A DNA stretch of 64,000 nt from Planctomycetota bacterium (GTDB lineage: Bacteria; Planctomycetota; UBA8742; UBA2392). Shown here one piece after another: positions 18,401 to 26,939 of this stretch. The notes under the pieces were generated by a model. That model was not told the origin of the DNA and made no database searches. It saw nothing but the letters and a program-made list of their open reading frames with translations. The position numbers and the translations under genes are program-made. The stretch covers positions 75,011 through 139,010 of the forward strand of contig JAGQRH010000003.1 of assembly GCA_020425605.1 (NCBI GenBank), given 5' to 3'. Numbering within the stretch: position 1 is the first letter of the stretch; the number at the start of each line of letters is the position of its first letter.

Positions 18401-20868
18401 TCCAGTCAGCCAGCAACGTGAGCGCGGTACTGTTCGCCGCGCCGTCAAACCCGGTTGCTCCGGCCGGCTCGACAAACTTCACGCTGCGCGTGAACCCGGT
18501 CGCAGCCGGCGCATTCAGCTTTGACGTCGTCATCGCCAACAACGATATCGACGAAAGCCCTTACAACTTCTCGTTCAGCGGGACCGGCACGGAGCCGGAG
18601 ATGGATGTAGACGACCCGACCGCGGCGTCGCTTGCCAGTGGCAGCACATATGCAGCCGGCAACGTGACGCTCGGGTCTCCGGCCAATCTGACGTTCTCCA
18701 TCCACAACAATGGCGCGGCAAATCTCAACCTGACCGGCACGCCCGCGGTACAGATCTCTGCCCTGGCCAACGTCAGCGCAAACGTCACCCTGGCGCCGAC
18801 CGTCTCGATCATCCCGACCTCGCAGACGACCTTCACCATCCAGGTCTCACCGGCCGCAGGCGGCGCGTTCAGCTTTGACGTGAGCATCGACAACAACGAC
18901 GCCAACGAGAACCCATACACCTTCAGCGTTACCGGCACCGGTGTTCCGCCGGCAACCGCAGAAATGGAGTTGCAGAGGATCGGTGGCTCAGCTGTGGCCG
19001 ACGGCGGCGTCGACAACCTGGGCAACGTGACAACGCTTTCGGCAAACCCGATTGTGTGGCAGATCGACAACGTCGGCACCCTCGCGCTGGCGCTGAACGG
19101 CACGCCGCAGGTTCAGATTTCGTCGGCTACGAACGTCAGCGCGGTCGTCTCGGCGAACCCGTCCGCAGGAGTCGCGCCGGGCGGCAACACGACGTTTACG
19201 ATCAGCGTGCAACCGACGGCGCCCGGCGCGTTCAGCTTCTCGGTCTCGATCCCGAACAATGACCCGAACGAGAACCCATACGGCTTCACGGTCAGCGGCA
19301 CGGGCACCGCGCCGGAGATTCAGATCGAACGCACGGGCGTGATCCTGAGCGGCGCGATTGACGCCATCGGCTCGTTCGCTGTCGGCGCAACCAGCAGCCT
19401 TACTTGGACAATCCGCAACCTCGGCAGCGAAGACCTGCAGTTGACTTCACCCACATCGGTCACGATCAGTGGGCAGGTAAACTGCACGGCGTCCGTCAGT
19501 TCCATTCCCGCAGGGACCATCACGGCCGGCTCCACGACTACGTTTGTCGTTCAGTTCCAGCCGCCGGCATCCGGCGGGTTCAATTTCGTCATCAATGTCG
19601 GCAGCAACGACGCTGATGAGCCGGTCTACACGATCAACGTGCAGGGAACGGCAACCAGTCTTATCCCCCAATTCCAGTTGCGCGAGGTATTCACCGGAAC
19701 ACAGATCTCCAACACCGGCGGGTACAACATAGGCAACCTGCAGGCAGGCCACAGTCGCGACACGTTCCTGAGAATCACCAACGCCGGCTCGGCCGTTCTG
19801 CTGCTTACCGGCACGCCGCAGGTACTGCCGGGAACGACAACCGGCTGCAGCATGAGCATTCTCAGCCAGCCATCCAGCGCTGTCATCTGGCCGGGTGCCA
19901 GTGACAACTTCGTGGTGCGGATCACCGCGTTGAGCGGCGCAGGATTCAACGCTGCACTGCAGATCCCAACCAATGACGGGGCGGTCGGCACGTTCACGTT
20001 CAACTTGCTCGGCACCGGGCTGGCACCGGAGATCGACCTGCAACGCCCGCTCGGCGCATCCATCCCATCCGGCACGAACAGCGCCGTCGGAAACGTTCCC
20101 GTCGGGAAGTCTGTTCGCCTTCAATGGGCGATCGCCAACACCGCGACGGGGGACCTGCATCTGACCGCGCCTGCTTCTATCAACGGCACGCCGACGAACT
20201 GTGCGGCCGTGCTTCATCAGCCGCTCTCGACAACGATCCCCGCAGGTGGTGTCGGAGTACTGTCCGTCGACGTAATCGCGTTCGCCGCCGGTGCGTTCAG
20301 TGTGCCGGTAATGGTCGAGAGCGACGACGCCAACGAAGCATCATACACGTTCACGATTACAGGCACGGCCACGGCACTGACTCCAGTACTCTTCAGCCAC
20401 CTGAAAGTTGACTTTGGGAACGTGCCGGTAAACACCGTGACGCGACGAAGGGTCGCCGTAACTAACCAAGGCACGCAGGCGGTTTCGATCAGCACGATCT
20501 CACTCTCGGCGCCGTCCGGAGGCTACGCCTACGTCAGTTCGAATCCCGTCGGTGTCGTCCCATCGTTGCCGGCCGCTGGAGTTGCAATCGTGCCGGGCGA
20601 CACGATCGAATTGCTGTTCGACTTTGCCGCCGGATCACTGCCGGGCATAACAAAGAATGCCACGCTGACCTTCACGTCCAACAGCGGCGGAACGGCCGGT
20701 ACGCAGACGATTGTGCTGCTCACGGCACAATCCGTCTCGCGGCCGGACGTTGGCGAGAACAAAGACGAGAACTGCAGCACCAGCGAAAGCCCCGGCATTA
20801 CGTGGCTCGCGCTCTTGGCGGCGCTCGCGGCACTGGCAACGGCTTCCGCGATGCGCCGGCGCGCATGA
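15421..20868 (+). CDS. giant secreted surface protein: NIDO-like N-domain, 13 tandem Ig-like (choice-of-anchor-D / ASH-like) repeats, Cys-type C-terminal sorting signal
   Basis: Signal MRSLILVAITLSLLSGVISA|QYT. VPIGFEFTYFGERYTHVQVCSRGFIGF. Repeats start with [AEGS]PE[IM][DE][LV] and end with NDxxENPY-F-V-GTG. Tail NKDENCSTSESPGITWLALLAALAALATASAMRRRA. GGAG RBS. Confidence 0.92.
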   Translation: MRSLILVAITLSLLSGVISAQYTATLQGGTSEYTNRDISGPLNNRYRELNSYFVENVPIGFEFTYFGERYTHVQVCSRGFIGFDPRSAYPANPYPPSSSGTPLPDSPAPNNAIFVAWSGNYPSSNNTKGLFWETLGTAGSREFRVQYRFWGFSAIVSLFEGSNVIQVVFGPWYSVYAGYCGIENKGGTIGIASPSGWYNFPLPTAGTLITYTPSSAPEVDLANPDDAAVSDGATDTVFLGIPGTPFARTYTIRNLGDQNINLSGSPIVNVVAQNNCTASVTAQPGLTTITPGGSTTFTVQVTPSGSGAFSTDLLFQCNDANENVYNFSIGGTAVTGGAPEIELQDPNGFGISNAGSYRHYPFQSDLVNFALTFTVRNSGGAALTFSGSPVVTTASPAGCTATVTTDLPASLAPGSSTTFVITIDSDTTSTQYDFSVSFNCNDADEASYQFQVNGWAYDNGQPYVVRAGRLVDDNQLDDVVTGTVSGIPTILTYQVWNSGYANVNLQGGPTVNISGAQNCVATVTMSPASPVSGQSSTSFSISVTPTTPGAWSFDVDFDYDYVSSPASYDFTVSGTADPQAPEMDLQRPAATSIQDGGIDATTGSVAGSPMVLTYTIENTGTATLVLPGTPRVAIANQNNCAASATSQPPMNIGAGVQTTFVVSVTPSTSAFWSFQFSIDNNDANENPYNITVTGTAGSSAGPEIEVEGPGPVSISSGGGFNAGSAPISTPTNVVFTVRNIGSATLNLTGTPAVQVTGANNCSANVTVNPATAVTPSGNTTFTVQYTVTSAAAFDFSLSIANDDSNENPYTFTVNGTGTAAPEPEMDVEDSVPQPIAVGANYSVGSIPAGSPSMVSLTIRNTGSATLTLSGTPAVQLSGQSNVTASVTTQPSSSIGAGANSTFTVSVNPNAFGAFSFGVSIANNDSTENPYTFTVVGTGLSPEIAVEDSGSNPVADSGGFLAGNVPVGGDTDFVFSVFNTGNVDLTLSGTPVVQIQSASNVSAVLFAAPSNPVAPAGSTNFTLRVNPVAAGAFSFDVVIANNDIDESPYNFSFSGTGTEPEMDVDDPTAASLASGSTYAAGNVTLGSPANLTFSIHNNGAANLNLTGTPAVQISALANVSANVTLAPTVSIIPTSQTTFTIQVSPAAGGAFSFDVSIDNNDANENPYTFSVTGTGVPPATAEMELQRIGGSAVADGGVDNLGNVTTLSANPIVWQIDNVGTLALALNGTPQVQISSATNVSAVVSANPSAGVAPGGNTTFTISVQPTAPGAFSFSVSIPNNDPNENPYGFTVSGTGTAPEIQIERTGVILSGAIDAIGSFAVGATSSLTWTIRNLGSEDLQLTSPTSVTISGQVNCTASVSSIPAGTITAGSTTTFVVQFQPPASGGFNFVINVGSNDADEPVYTINVQGTATSLIPQFQLREVFTGTQISNTGGYNIGNLQAGHSRDTFLRITNAGSAVLLLTGTPQVLPGTTTGCSMSILSQPSSAVIWPGASDNFVVRITALSGAGFNAALQIPTNDGAVGTFTFNLLGTGLAPEIDLQRPLGASIPSGTNSAVGNVPVGKSVRLQWAIANTATGDLHLTAPASINGTPTNCAAVLHQPLSTTIPAGGVGVLSVDVIAFAAGAFSVPVMVESDDANEASYTFTITGTATALTPVLFSHLKVDFGNVPVNTVTRRRVAVTNQGTQAVSISTISLSAPSGGYAYVSSNPVGVVPSLPAAGVAIVPGDTIELLFDFAAGSLPGITKNATLTFTSNSGGTAGTQTIVLLTAQSVSRPDVGENKDENCSTSESPGITWLALLAALAALATASAMRRRA
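16066..20730 (+). repeat. 13 tandem in-frame domain repeats (~105-120 aa each) inside the giant gene
   Basis: Repeat boundaries in the translation: APEVDL, APEIEL, QPYVVR, APEMDL, GPEIEV, EPEMDV, SPEIAV, EPEMDV, TAEMEL, APEIQI, IPQFQL, APEIDL, TPVLFSHLKVDFG. Conserved core [TS]-[LV]-x-N-x-G-x-x-x-L-x-L-[ST]-G-[TS]-P and ..F-S-[FV]-x-[IV]-x-N-N-D-x-x-E-N-P-Y. There is DNA-level similarity between units (for example AACGAGAACCCATAC at about 17470, 18905 and 19270). Confidence 0.85.
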
Positions 20869-20908
20869 GCCCGCTGTCGCTTTCGCCTGATTGCAGGATA
20901 ATGCCGGC

Positions 20909-21106
20909 ATGCATGGACTGATCGTGGGTGCGATCCTCGGTGTGGCGTTCATGGGATTCATGGGCGCGTACCGCAGCGTTCGAACATGGAAGGCCACCAA
21001 GCGCCGTCCGCCGGTCTGGGTGCTTTGCATCCAGGTGGGCCTGCAGGCGGCGTTGGGACTGGTGTCGCTCACTTACGCCATCTACTTCCTGGTTGCGGGT
21101 GGTTGA
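20909..21106 (+). CDS. small two-TM membrane protein, hypothetical
   Basis: In frame with track ORF 20891..21106 (TTG start); first ATG at 20909. MHGLIVGAILGVAFMGFMGAY..(basic loop KATKRRPP)..VWVLCIQVGLQAALGLVSLTYAIYFLVAGG. Lies between two giant surface-protein genes. Confidence 0.4.
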   Translation: MHGLIVGAILGVAFMGFMGAYRSVRTWKATKRRPPVWVLCIQVGLQAALGLVSLTYAIYFLVAGG

Positions 21107-21202
21107 CGATGCCCCTCGCAGCCGGGATCGCCCGCACTTGTTTGCCTATCGCCTTGTAAACAGGTAGAAAGCTTGGAACTAACCACTCATTGGGAGAGTA
21201 GC

Positions 21203-23959
21203 ATGCGCGTTTACGCTGCCAGCATCATGTCTGTGCTAATGGTCGGGGCCGCACTTTGCGGCACGGTCCAGGCACAGTCCTATGCCCGGACGGAGACCAC
21301 AGGAACGTACAACGAACTTTCCGGTACTGGGTCACCCAAGGCAATCTGGACGGATGACAGCTACGACGACGGCAGCAGATTCGTGCCATTGCCATGGGAC
21401 TTTCCGTACTTCGACCGCACGTACAAAGCGTGCTGGATGAACACCAACGGACGCGTTCAGTTTTACGACTATGAGCCGGATGACTACGACATCTCCGACC
21501 TTACTCCGACGGTGACACAGCCGGACGTCACCGAAACGATCAGCGTGTTCGCAGGCGATATCACGGGGCACACCACCCGCACACGCGACGGCGCCTACAC
21601 TGTTCACTACCTGTCAGACCGTGTCGTCTTGCAGTGGCGTGACGTGACAATGTACGATTCAGACGAGTTCGGCACGCGCCGCAACTTCCAGTGCCAGATT
21701 TTCCCGAGTGGCGAAATCCGCCTCATCATGGGGCCGAGCAGCTTTGTGATCGTCAACAACCCGGCGGACTACGTCAGTGGCATCGTCAACTTTGATGGCA
21801 CCGAGGCCTATGCCGGGTTCGGAAACACGCTGGTCACGCAGACTACCCCACCCGCCAGCGGAACGACCGTATCACTCGTCCCCAGCGGCTACACCCAGGC
21901 TAATGGAGTGGTGCTGGGCCCTCGGTACGCTGCGGACTACACACCCGGCGTATTCTATGAAGGCGCGACGGATGTCGTTGTGGGACAGTTCTGCCTGCAG
22001 GCCAATGGTACCGGCGGGACAGTCACTGACATAAACATCCAGCACGCCGGCCCCGGAACCAGCAGCGTCACTCTCAAGCTGTACGCCGACGCCGGTACGC
22101 TCGGCGTGGTCGACGGCTCAGACACGTTGCTTGGCTCCACGACCATGGCCGCCAACGACTCGACATTTTCGTCACTGACCGAAGTGCTCGACGGGACCAC
22201 GCCCCTGCGCAACTACCTGCTCGCGGTGGACCTGACCTCGATCTCTGAATCCTTCGAAACTCATTTCTACATGAACCTGGAGAACGACTCGGACATCACC
22301 ACCACTGGCGCCGCCGTCTGGGGTGGCTACTTCGACGGGGACGGCCCACCGGTCAATCCGAGGTTCCTGTTTCTGGAAGGCCCGTTTGTCGAATACAACG
22401 TATCGTCCGCGACCAATCAGTACCTCCCCATCGTTGCCGGCGGCGCTGAAGTCGCAGTTGCAAGCTTCGAGGCAAAGCTGCGAGAAACAAACGCCGCAAC
22501 TGTGGAGTTGAACAGCTTCGACGTCGACCTGAGCCTCAGCGGGCTGGTTATTGGAGACATCGCCCTGGTAAGGCTGTATCGCGACGCCGGAACCGTCGGC
22601 GTCCTCGACGGAAGCGACGTGCAGGTGGGAAGCGTGGCCAACCCCTCCAGCACCACCGTGACGTTTTCGTCTCTGGCCGAGGCAATGACCGCAGCCGGCC
22701 AGGACTACCTGGTCACCATAATGGTAGGTACTTCGTTCACAACAATCGGCGGATCGGCGGCAACCATTGCGCTGGCAGTCAGCGGAAGCGGCGAGACAAT
22801 GACCCCGGCCGCCGCTTTCTGGCAGTACTGCAATTTCGACACCGGCTCGACCTTCCAGGTATTGCCAAATGCAGCGATGCTGATGCTACGGCCAACGGTG
22901 GCCACACAATTCGCGCCACCCTCGTTCACAGGCCCCGACTACAACCTGCCGGTGCCACAAGGTGCAACGGACATTCCTGTTGTCCATTTCACATTGGAAG
23001 CGTCCAGCGGTGCACAGACGGTGACCGGGCTTGATTTCAGCGGCGACGGCACCGAAGTCAGTGCGGCCAACCTCTACCTCGACAACGGCACGACTCCGGG
23101 TCGTGTCGACGCGGGTGACACTTTTGTGGCAACAGCCTCCACGCTGAGTGCCACCAACGTTACCTTCACCGGCCTCACGGAGACGATCACCACGACCGCG
23201 TCGCGCTACCTGCTGGTGCTGGACGTATCCGGGACTGCTACTACCGGGACCGCTCTCCAGTACACCCTCGATCCGACCGGAGTGACGAGTTCGCTTACGA
23301 CGCTGGGCCAAACCTGCCTCGGCACGGTGACGCCGGTTGACATGACGGCGGATGGTGTCGACGTCACGGTAAATCTGGTCACTACAAGTGCATCGGTCTA
23401 CAACAATACCCGGGTACTCATCGCGACCTGTCAGCAGACTCCACGCGGCGCCGGCGGGGACCCGGCCTTCCTGGTCTTCCGAATCCTGAGTGCCTACGGT
23501 GGAGTCTCATCGGGATCGCTTGGCCTGGAGTGCTACCTTGAGGGCGCCGGCCCGGTCGGGCAACTCGATTCGACAGACACCCTCATGACGTTCAGCGACG
23601 GTGACCTGTACCCCGAAAACTACACCTACTGGGGCGGCGAGGACACCGGCTGGGTTACTACCACCCGAAACTTCCTGGTGTTCTTGCGCGTGAGCCCCTA
23701 CGCGTGCGACTTCAACGGCCGTTTCGAAGTCGTCTTCACCGGCCTATATGGCGGGACCGAGCCGGCCTTTGCATCCGAGCCCAACTATCGCCTGATCGGC
23801 GGCACGGCCTTGATTGGCAACAAGACCAGCAAGGGCGGCGGCGGCGGCAGTAGCGGCGGCTGCAGTACCTCCGGCGGGCCTGGAAACAATTGGCTTGCAT
23901 GGCTGGGCGCGTTGGGCGCGATGGCGGTGGTCACGCGCCTTCGCCGCTCACGCGGCTAG
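21203..23959 (+). CDS. large secreted surface protein, paralog of 12617..15256 (NIDO-like N-domain, repeated modules, Cys-type C-terminal sorting signal)
   Basis: Track ORF 21173..23959. ATG at 21203 follows GGGAGAG. Signal MRVYAASIMSVLMVGAALCGTVQA|QSY. LPWDFPYFDRTYKACWMNTNGRVQF. Modules ..VTDINIQH..LKLYADAGT.., ..LVRLYRDAGT.., ..VTGLDFSG..ANLYLDNGT... Tail GGGGGSSGGCSTSGGPGNNWLAWLGALGAMAVVTRLRRSRG. Confidence 0.9.
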   Translation: MRVYAASIMSVLMVGAALCGTVQAQSYARTETTGTYNELSGTGSPKAIWTDDSYDDGSRFVPLPWDFPYFDRTYKACWMNTNGRVQFYDYEPDDYDISDLTPTVTQPDVTETISVFAGDITGHTTRTRDGAYTVHYLSDRVVLQWRDVTMYDSDEFGTRRNFQCQIFPSGEIRLIMGPSSFVIVNNPADYVSGIVNFDGTEAYAGFGNTLVTQTTPPASGTTVSLVPSGYTQANGVVLGPRYAADYTPGVFYEGATDVVVGQFCLQANGTGGTVTDINIQHAGPGTSSVTLKLYADAGTLGVVDGSDTLLGSTTMAANDSTFSSLTEVLDGTTPLRNYLLAVDLTSISESFETHFYMNLENDSDITTTGAAVWGGYFDGDGPPVNPRFLFLEGPFVEYNVSSATNQYLPIVAGGAEVAVASFEAKLRETNAATVELNSFDVDLSLSGLVIGDIALVRLYRDAGTVGVLDGSDVQVGSVANPSSTTVTFSSLAEAMTAAGQDYLVTIMVGTSFTTIGGSAATIALAVSGSGETMTPAAAFWQYCNFDTGSTFQVLPNAAMLMLRPTVATQFAPPSFTGPDYNLPVPQGATDIPVVHFTLEASSGAQTVTGLDFSGDGTEVSAANLYLDNGTTPGRVDAGDTFVATASTLSATNVTFTGLTETITTTASRYLLVLDVSGTATTGTALQYTLDPTGVTSSLTTLGQTCLGTVTPVDMTADGVDVTVNLVTTSASVYNNTRVLIATCQQTPRGAGGDPAFLVFRILSAYGGVSSGSLGLECYLEGAGPVGQLDSTDTLMTFSDGDLYPENYTYWGGEDTGWVTTTRNFLVFLRVSPYACDFNGRFEVVFTGLYGGTEPAFASEPNYRLIGGTALIGNKTSKGGGGGSSGGCSTSGGPGNNWLAWLGALGAMAVVTRLRRSRG

Positions 23960-23972
23960 GATGAATCTCACA

Positions 23973-24002
23973 GAACAGGGCGCGCTTCGGCGCGCCCTGT
24001 TC
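23973..24002 (+). terminator. strong hairpin terminator
   Basis: 13-bp perfect stem GAACAGGGCGCGC / GCGCGCCCTGTTC with a TTCG loop, 14 nt after the stop, followed by TATTGGTT. Confidence 0.75.
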
Positions 24003-24077
24003 TATTGGTTCCCACAGCACTGGCGCTGGCGCGGGCATTCGGTAAGTTGGCTGTGGGAAATTTGAACCGGGATTCAA

Positions 24078-25811
24078 ATGGATATCGAACGCGAAGTCAT
24101 GGAGCAGGATGTGCTGCTCGTCGGCGCGGGGCCCGCCAACCTGGCCTGCGCGATCAAGCTCAAGCAACTCTGCGCCAAGCACAATGAGACGAGCGAGAAC
24201 AAGCTCGAGCCCGAGATCAGCATCATCGAGAAAGCGCCCGAGATCGGGCACCACCAGCTTTCCGGCGCGGTGATGGACCCGAAGGGCATCTCCGAGCTGT
24301 TCCCCAACTGGCAGGAGGAAGGCTTTCCGATCGAGTCACCCGTCGTCAACGACGCGATGATCGAGCTGTCCAGCCAGCACAAGCGCGGCGGCCCCAAGTT
24401 CGTGCCGCCCGCCATGCGCAACCACGGCAAGTTCATCGTCAGCCTGAACAAGGTCGTGAAGTGGCTGGCCGAGAAGGCCGAAGCCGCAGGCGTCAACGTG
24501 TTCCCCGGCTTTCCCGGCGCAGAGATGCTCTACGATGGCAACCGCGTCAAAGGCGTGCGTGTCAAAGACATGGGTGTCGACAAGTGGGGCGAGCCCAAAG
24601 ACGGCGAGTTCATGCCCGGCGGCGATTTAACAGCCAAGGTCACGGTGCTGGGTGAAGGCACCCGGGGAAGCTTGGCAAAACACCTGATCCCCAAGCTGAA
24701 GCTCGACAAAGACAGCAACCACCAGATGTACCAGATCGGCGTGAAAGAGGTCTGGAAGCTGGGCGAGAAAGGCAAGCAGGTCCTGAAAAAGGGCGACGTC
24801 TACCACACCATGAACTATCCGCTGCCCAACGGCGTGTTCGGCGGCGGCTGGATCTACGGCATGGACAACGACATGGTGTCGATCGGCCTGGTGGTAGGGC
24901 TGGATTACAAGGACGCCACGCTCGACCCACACCAGTTGTTCCAGCGCTGGAAGACCCACGACTTCCTGAAATCGATCCTCGGCGACGGCGAAGTGCTGCA
25001 CTACGGCGCCAAGACCATCCCCGACGGCGGATACTTCGCGATGCCGAAGCTGACGGCCGACGGCGTGATGCTGGTCGGCGACACGGCCGGCTTCCTCAAC
25101 AGCATGCGCCTCAAGGGTATCCACCTGGCGATGAAGTCGGGCATGCTCGCAGCCGAGACGATTTTCGAGTGCCTGAAGGACGGCGACTTCAGCGCCGAGC
25201 GCCTGCACAAGTACCAGAACGCATTCGAGACAAGCTGGGCCAAGGCCGAGCTGTGGGGCGTGCGCAACTTCCGCCAGGGTTTCCAGCTGAGCGAAATCTT
25301 CGGCATGGCCAACACCGCGGCCGGCCTCGTCACCGGCGGGCGCGGTTTCTTCAAGCGCCTGCACAGCGAGCCGGACCATGAGCTGTGCTCGGTCGAGACG
25401 CCCGGCACGACGCCGGCCCAGCCTGCGTCACAGTACGACGACAAGCTGACATTCGACAAGCTGAAGGACGTCTACTACTCCGGCAGCACGCACGAGGAAA
25501 ACCAGCCCTGCCACCTGCAGGTGACGAAGCCGGATATCTGCGTCACCAAGTGCACCATCGAATACGGCAACCCCTGCCAGCACTTCTGCCCGGCCAAGGT
25601 CTACGAAATGATGCCGGTAGATGAGGCCAAGGGCATGAGCCCGCAACTGAATCGCGAAGGCGAAGGCACGCCCAACGCGCAGGGTCTGGTGCTCAAGATC
25701 AACGCCAGCAACTGCGTGCACTGCAAGACCTGCGACATCAAGGACCCGTACCAGATCATCAACTGGGTGGTCCCCGAAGGCGGCGGCGGGCCTGTCTACA
25801 CGAACATGTAA
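24078..25811 (+). CDS. electron-transfer flavoprotein:ubiquinone oxidoreductase (ETF-QO)
   Basis: N-terminal FAD motif DVLLVGAGPANLACA. C-terminal 4Fe-4S/ferredoxin-like end NCVHCKTCDIKDPYQIINWVVPEGGGGPVYTNM, characteristic of ETF-QO. 577 aa. Confidence 0.92.
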   Translation: MDIEREVMEQDVLLVGAGPANLACAIKLKQLCAKHNETSENKLEPEISIIEKAPEIGHHQLSGAVMDPKGISELFPNWQEEGFPIESPVVNDAMIELSSQHKRGGPKFVPPAMRNHGKFIVSLNKVVKWLAEKAEAAGVNVFPGFPGAEMLYDGNRVKGVRVKDMGVDKWGEPKDGEFMPGGDLTAKVTVLGEGTRGSLAKHLIPKLKLDKDSNHQMYQIGVKEVWKLGEKGKQVLKKGDVYHTMNYPLPNGVFGGGWIYGMDNDMVSIGLVVGLDYKDATLDPHQLFQRWKTHDFLKSILGDGEVLHYGAKTIPDGGYFAMPKLTADGVMLVGDTAGFLNSMRLKGIHLAMKSGMLAAETIFECLKDGDFSAERLHKYQNAFETSWAKAELWGVRNFRQGFQLSEIFGMANTAAGLVTGGRGFFKRLHSEPDHELCSVETPGTTPAQPASQYDDKLTFDKLKDVYYSGSTHEENQPCHLQVTKPDICVTKCTIEYGNPCQHFCPAKVYEMMPVDEAKGMSPQLNREGEGTPNAQGLVLKINASNCVHCKTCDIKDPYQIINWVVPEGGGGPVYTNM

Positions 25812-25817
25812 CGTAGC

Positions 25818-25860
25818 GCAGGCATCTTGCCTGCATTCGGCGCCGGCAGCTCGCCGGCGC
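25818..25860. terminator. two adjacent hairpins between convergent genes
   Basis: GCAGGCA-TCT-TGCCTGC (25818-25834) and GCGCCGGC-AGCTC-GCCGGCGC (25840-25860) between the ETF-QO stop and the AKR stop. Confidence 0.5.
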
Positions 25861-26822
25861 TACGACTTCTTGCCCATCGTGGGCGGGAAGATTTCGTCGA
25901 TGCGTTTGCTGACTTCGTCGGTGATCTCGATCTTCAGTGCGCCGAGGTTGGCCTTGAGCTGGTCCAGCTTCGTCGCGCCGGTGATCACGCTGGTGACGCT
26001 CTTTTGCGCGAGGCACCAGGCGATTGCCAGTTGCGCGCGCGTGACGCCCAGGTCGTCGGCGACGGCCTTGAACTTCTTGACGCGCTCCTTGTTGTCGTCG
26101 ATCAGGTACGAATTGCGCAGGTTCTCGCTGCGCTTGAGACGCGAGCCTTCGGGCAACTCGTTGTCGTACTTGCCCGTAAGCAATCCGCTGGCCAGCGGGC
26201 TCCAGGTCACGACGCCCATGCCCAGCTCTTCGACCGCAGGCTGGATCTCCGTGTGATAACGATGCCGGGCGACGAGGTTCAGCTGCGGCTGCTCAACGCG
26301 CGGCGGGTAGGCGTACCATTCTTTCGCGCCGGTGGTCGCGGCGTGCAGCTGCATCGCGCTGTGTTCGCTGGTGCCCCAGTACAGAACCTTGCCCTGCTTG
26401 ACGAGGTCGCTCATGGCGCAGGCGGTTTCCTCGGCCGGCGTGTTCGGGTCAGGCCGGTGGCAGAAGTACATATCGACGTAGTCGGTGCCGATACGTTTTA
26501 AAGATTTGTCGATGCTTTCCATGATGTGCTTGCGGCTGAGCCCGGTGTCGTTGACGTCGTCGGTCATCGGCCAGAAGACTTTGGTGCTGATCACCAGCTC
26601 GTGGCGCGGGAGGTCTTTGAAGACCTTGCCCATGGCCTTCTCGGCCTCGCCCTTTTCGTAGATGTCGCTGATGTCGAAGAAGTTGATGCCTGAGTTGAAG
26701 GCATGCTTGATGATGCTGTCGGTGGTGTCTTCGTCTTTGACGCTCGCGCCGTAGGTCGTCCAGCCGCCGAGGCTAAGCGCGCTGAGGCGCAGGCCCGACT
26801 TGCCCATGTAGCGGTACTGCAT
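25860..26822 (-). CDS. aldo/keto reductase (Kv-beta/Tas-like)
   Basis: MQYRYMGKSGLRLSALSLGGWTTYG... is the typical AKR N-terminus. The track ORF extends to 26843 (GTG); ATG alternatives are 26837 and 26822, and the start is uncertain. Confidence 0.88.
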   Translation of the reverse strand: MQYRYMGKSGLRLSALSLGGWTTYGASVKDEDTTDSIIKHAFNSGINFFDISDIYEKGEAEKAMGKVFKDLPRHELVISTKVFWPMTDDVNDTGLSRKHIMESIDKSLKRIGTDYVDMYFCHRPDPNTPAEETACAMSDLVKQGKVLYWGTSEHSAMQLHAATTGAKEWYAYPPRVEQPQLNLVARHRYHTEIQPAVEELGMGVVTWSPLASGLLTGKYDNELPEGSRLKRSENLRNSYLIDDNKERVKKFKAVADDLGVTRAQLAIAWCLAQKSVTSVITGATKLDQLKANLGALKIEITDEVSKRIDEIFPPTMGKKS

Positions 26823-26939
26823 GTCTGCATTGAACATGATCACGTTCCGGTTTGAGGTTTCGGCTCAGACTAGGGGCTCAAACAACAGACGCAACGAGTC
26901 TGTTCCGAATCAACGGAATTGAGTGCCTCAAGGCAACGA

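Noticed and set aside
15451-20798. Numerous 60-350-aa ORFs on both strands inside the 1815-aa gene, with similar ORFs inside the two ~900-aa genes
   Set aside because: They are shadow ORFs of a long GC-rich repetitive coding region. None has a start context or domain signature.
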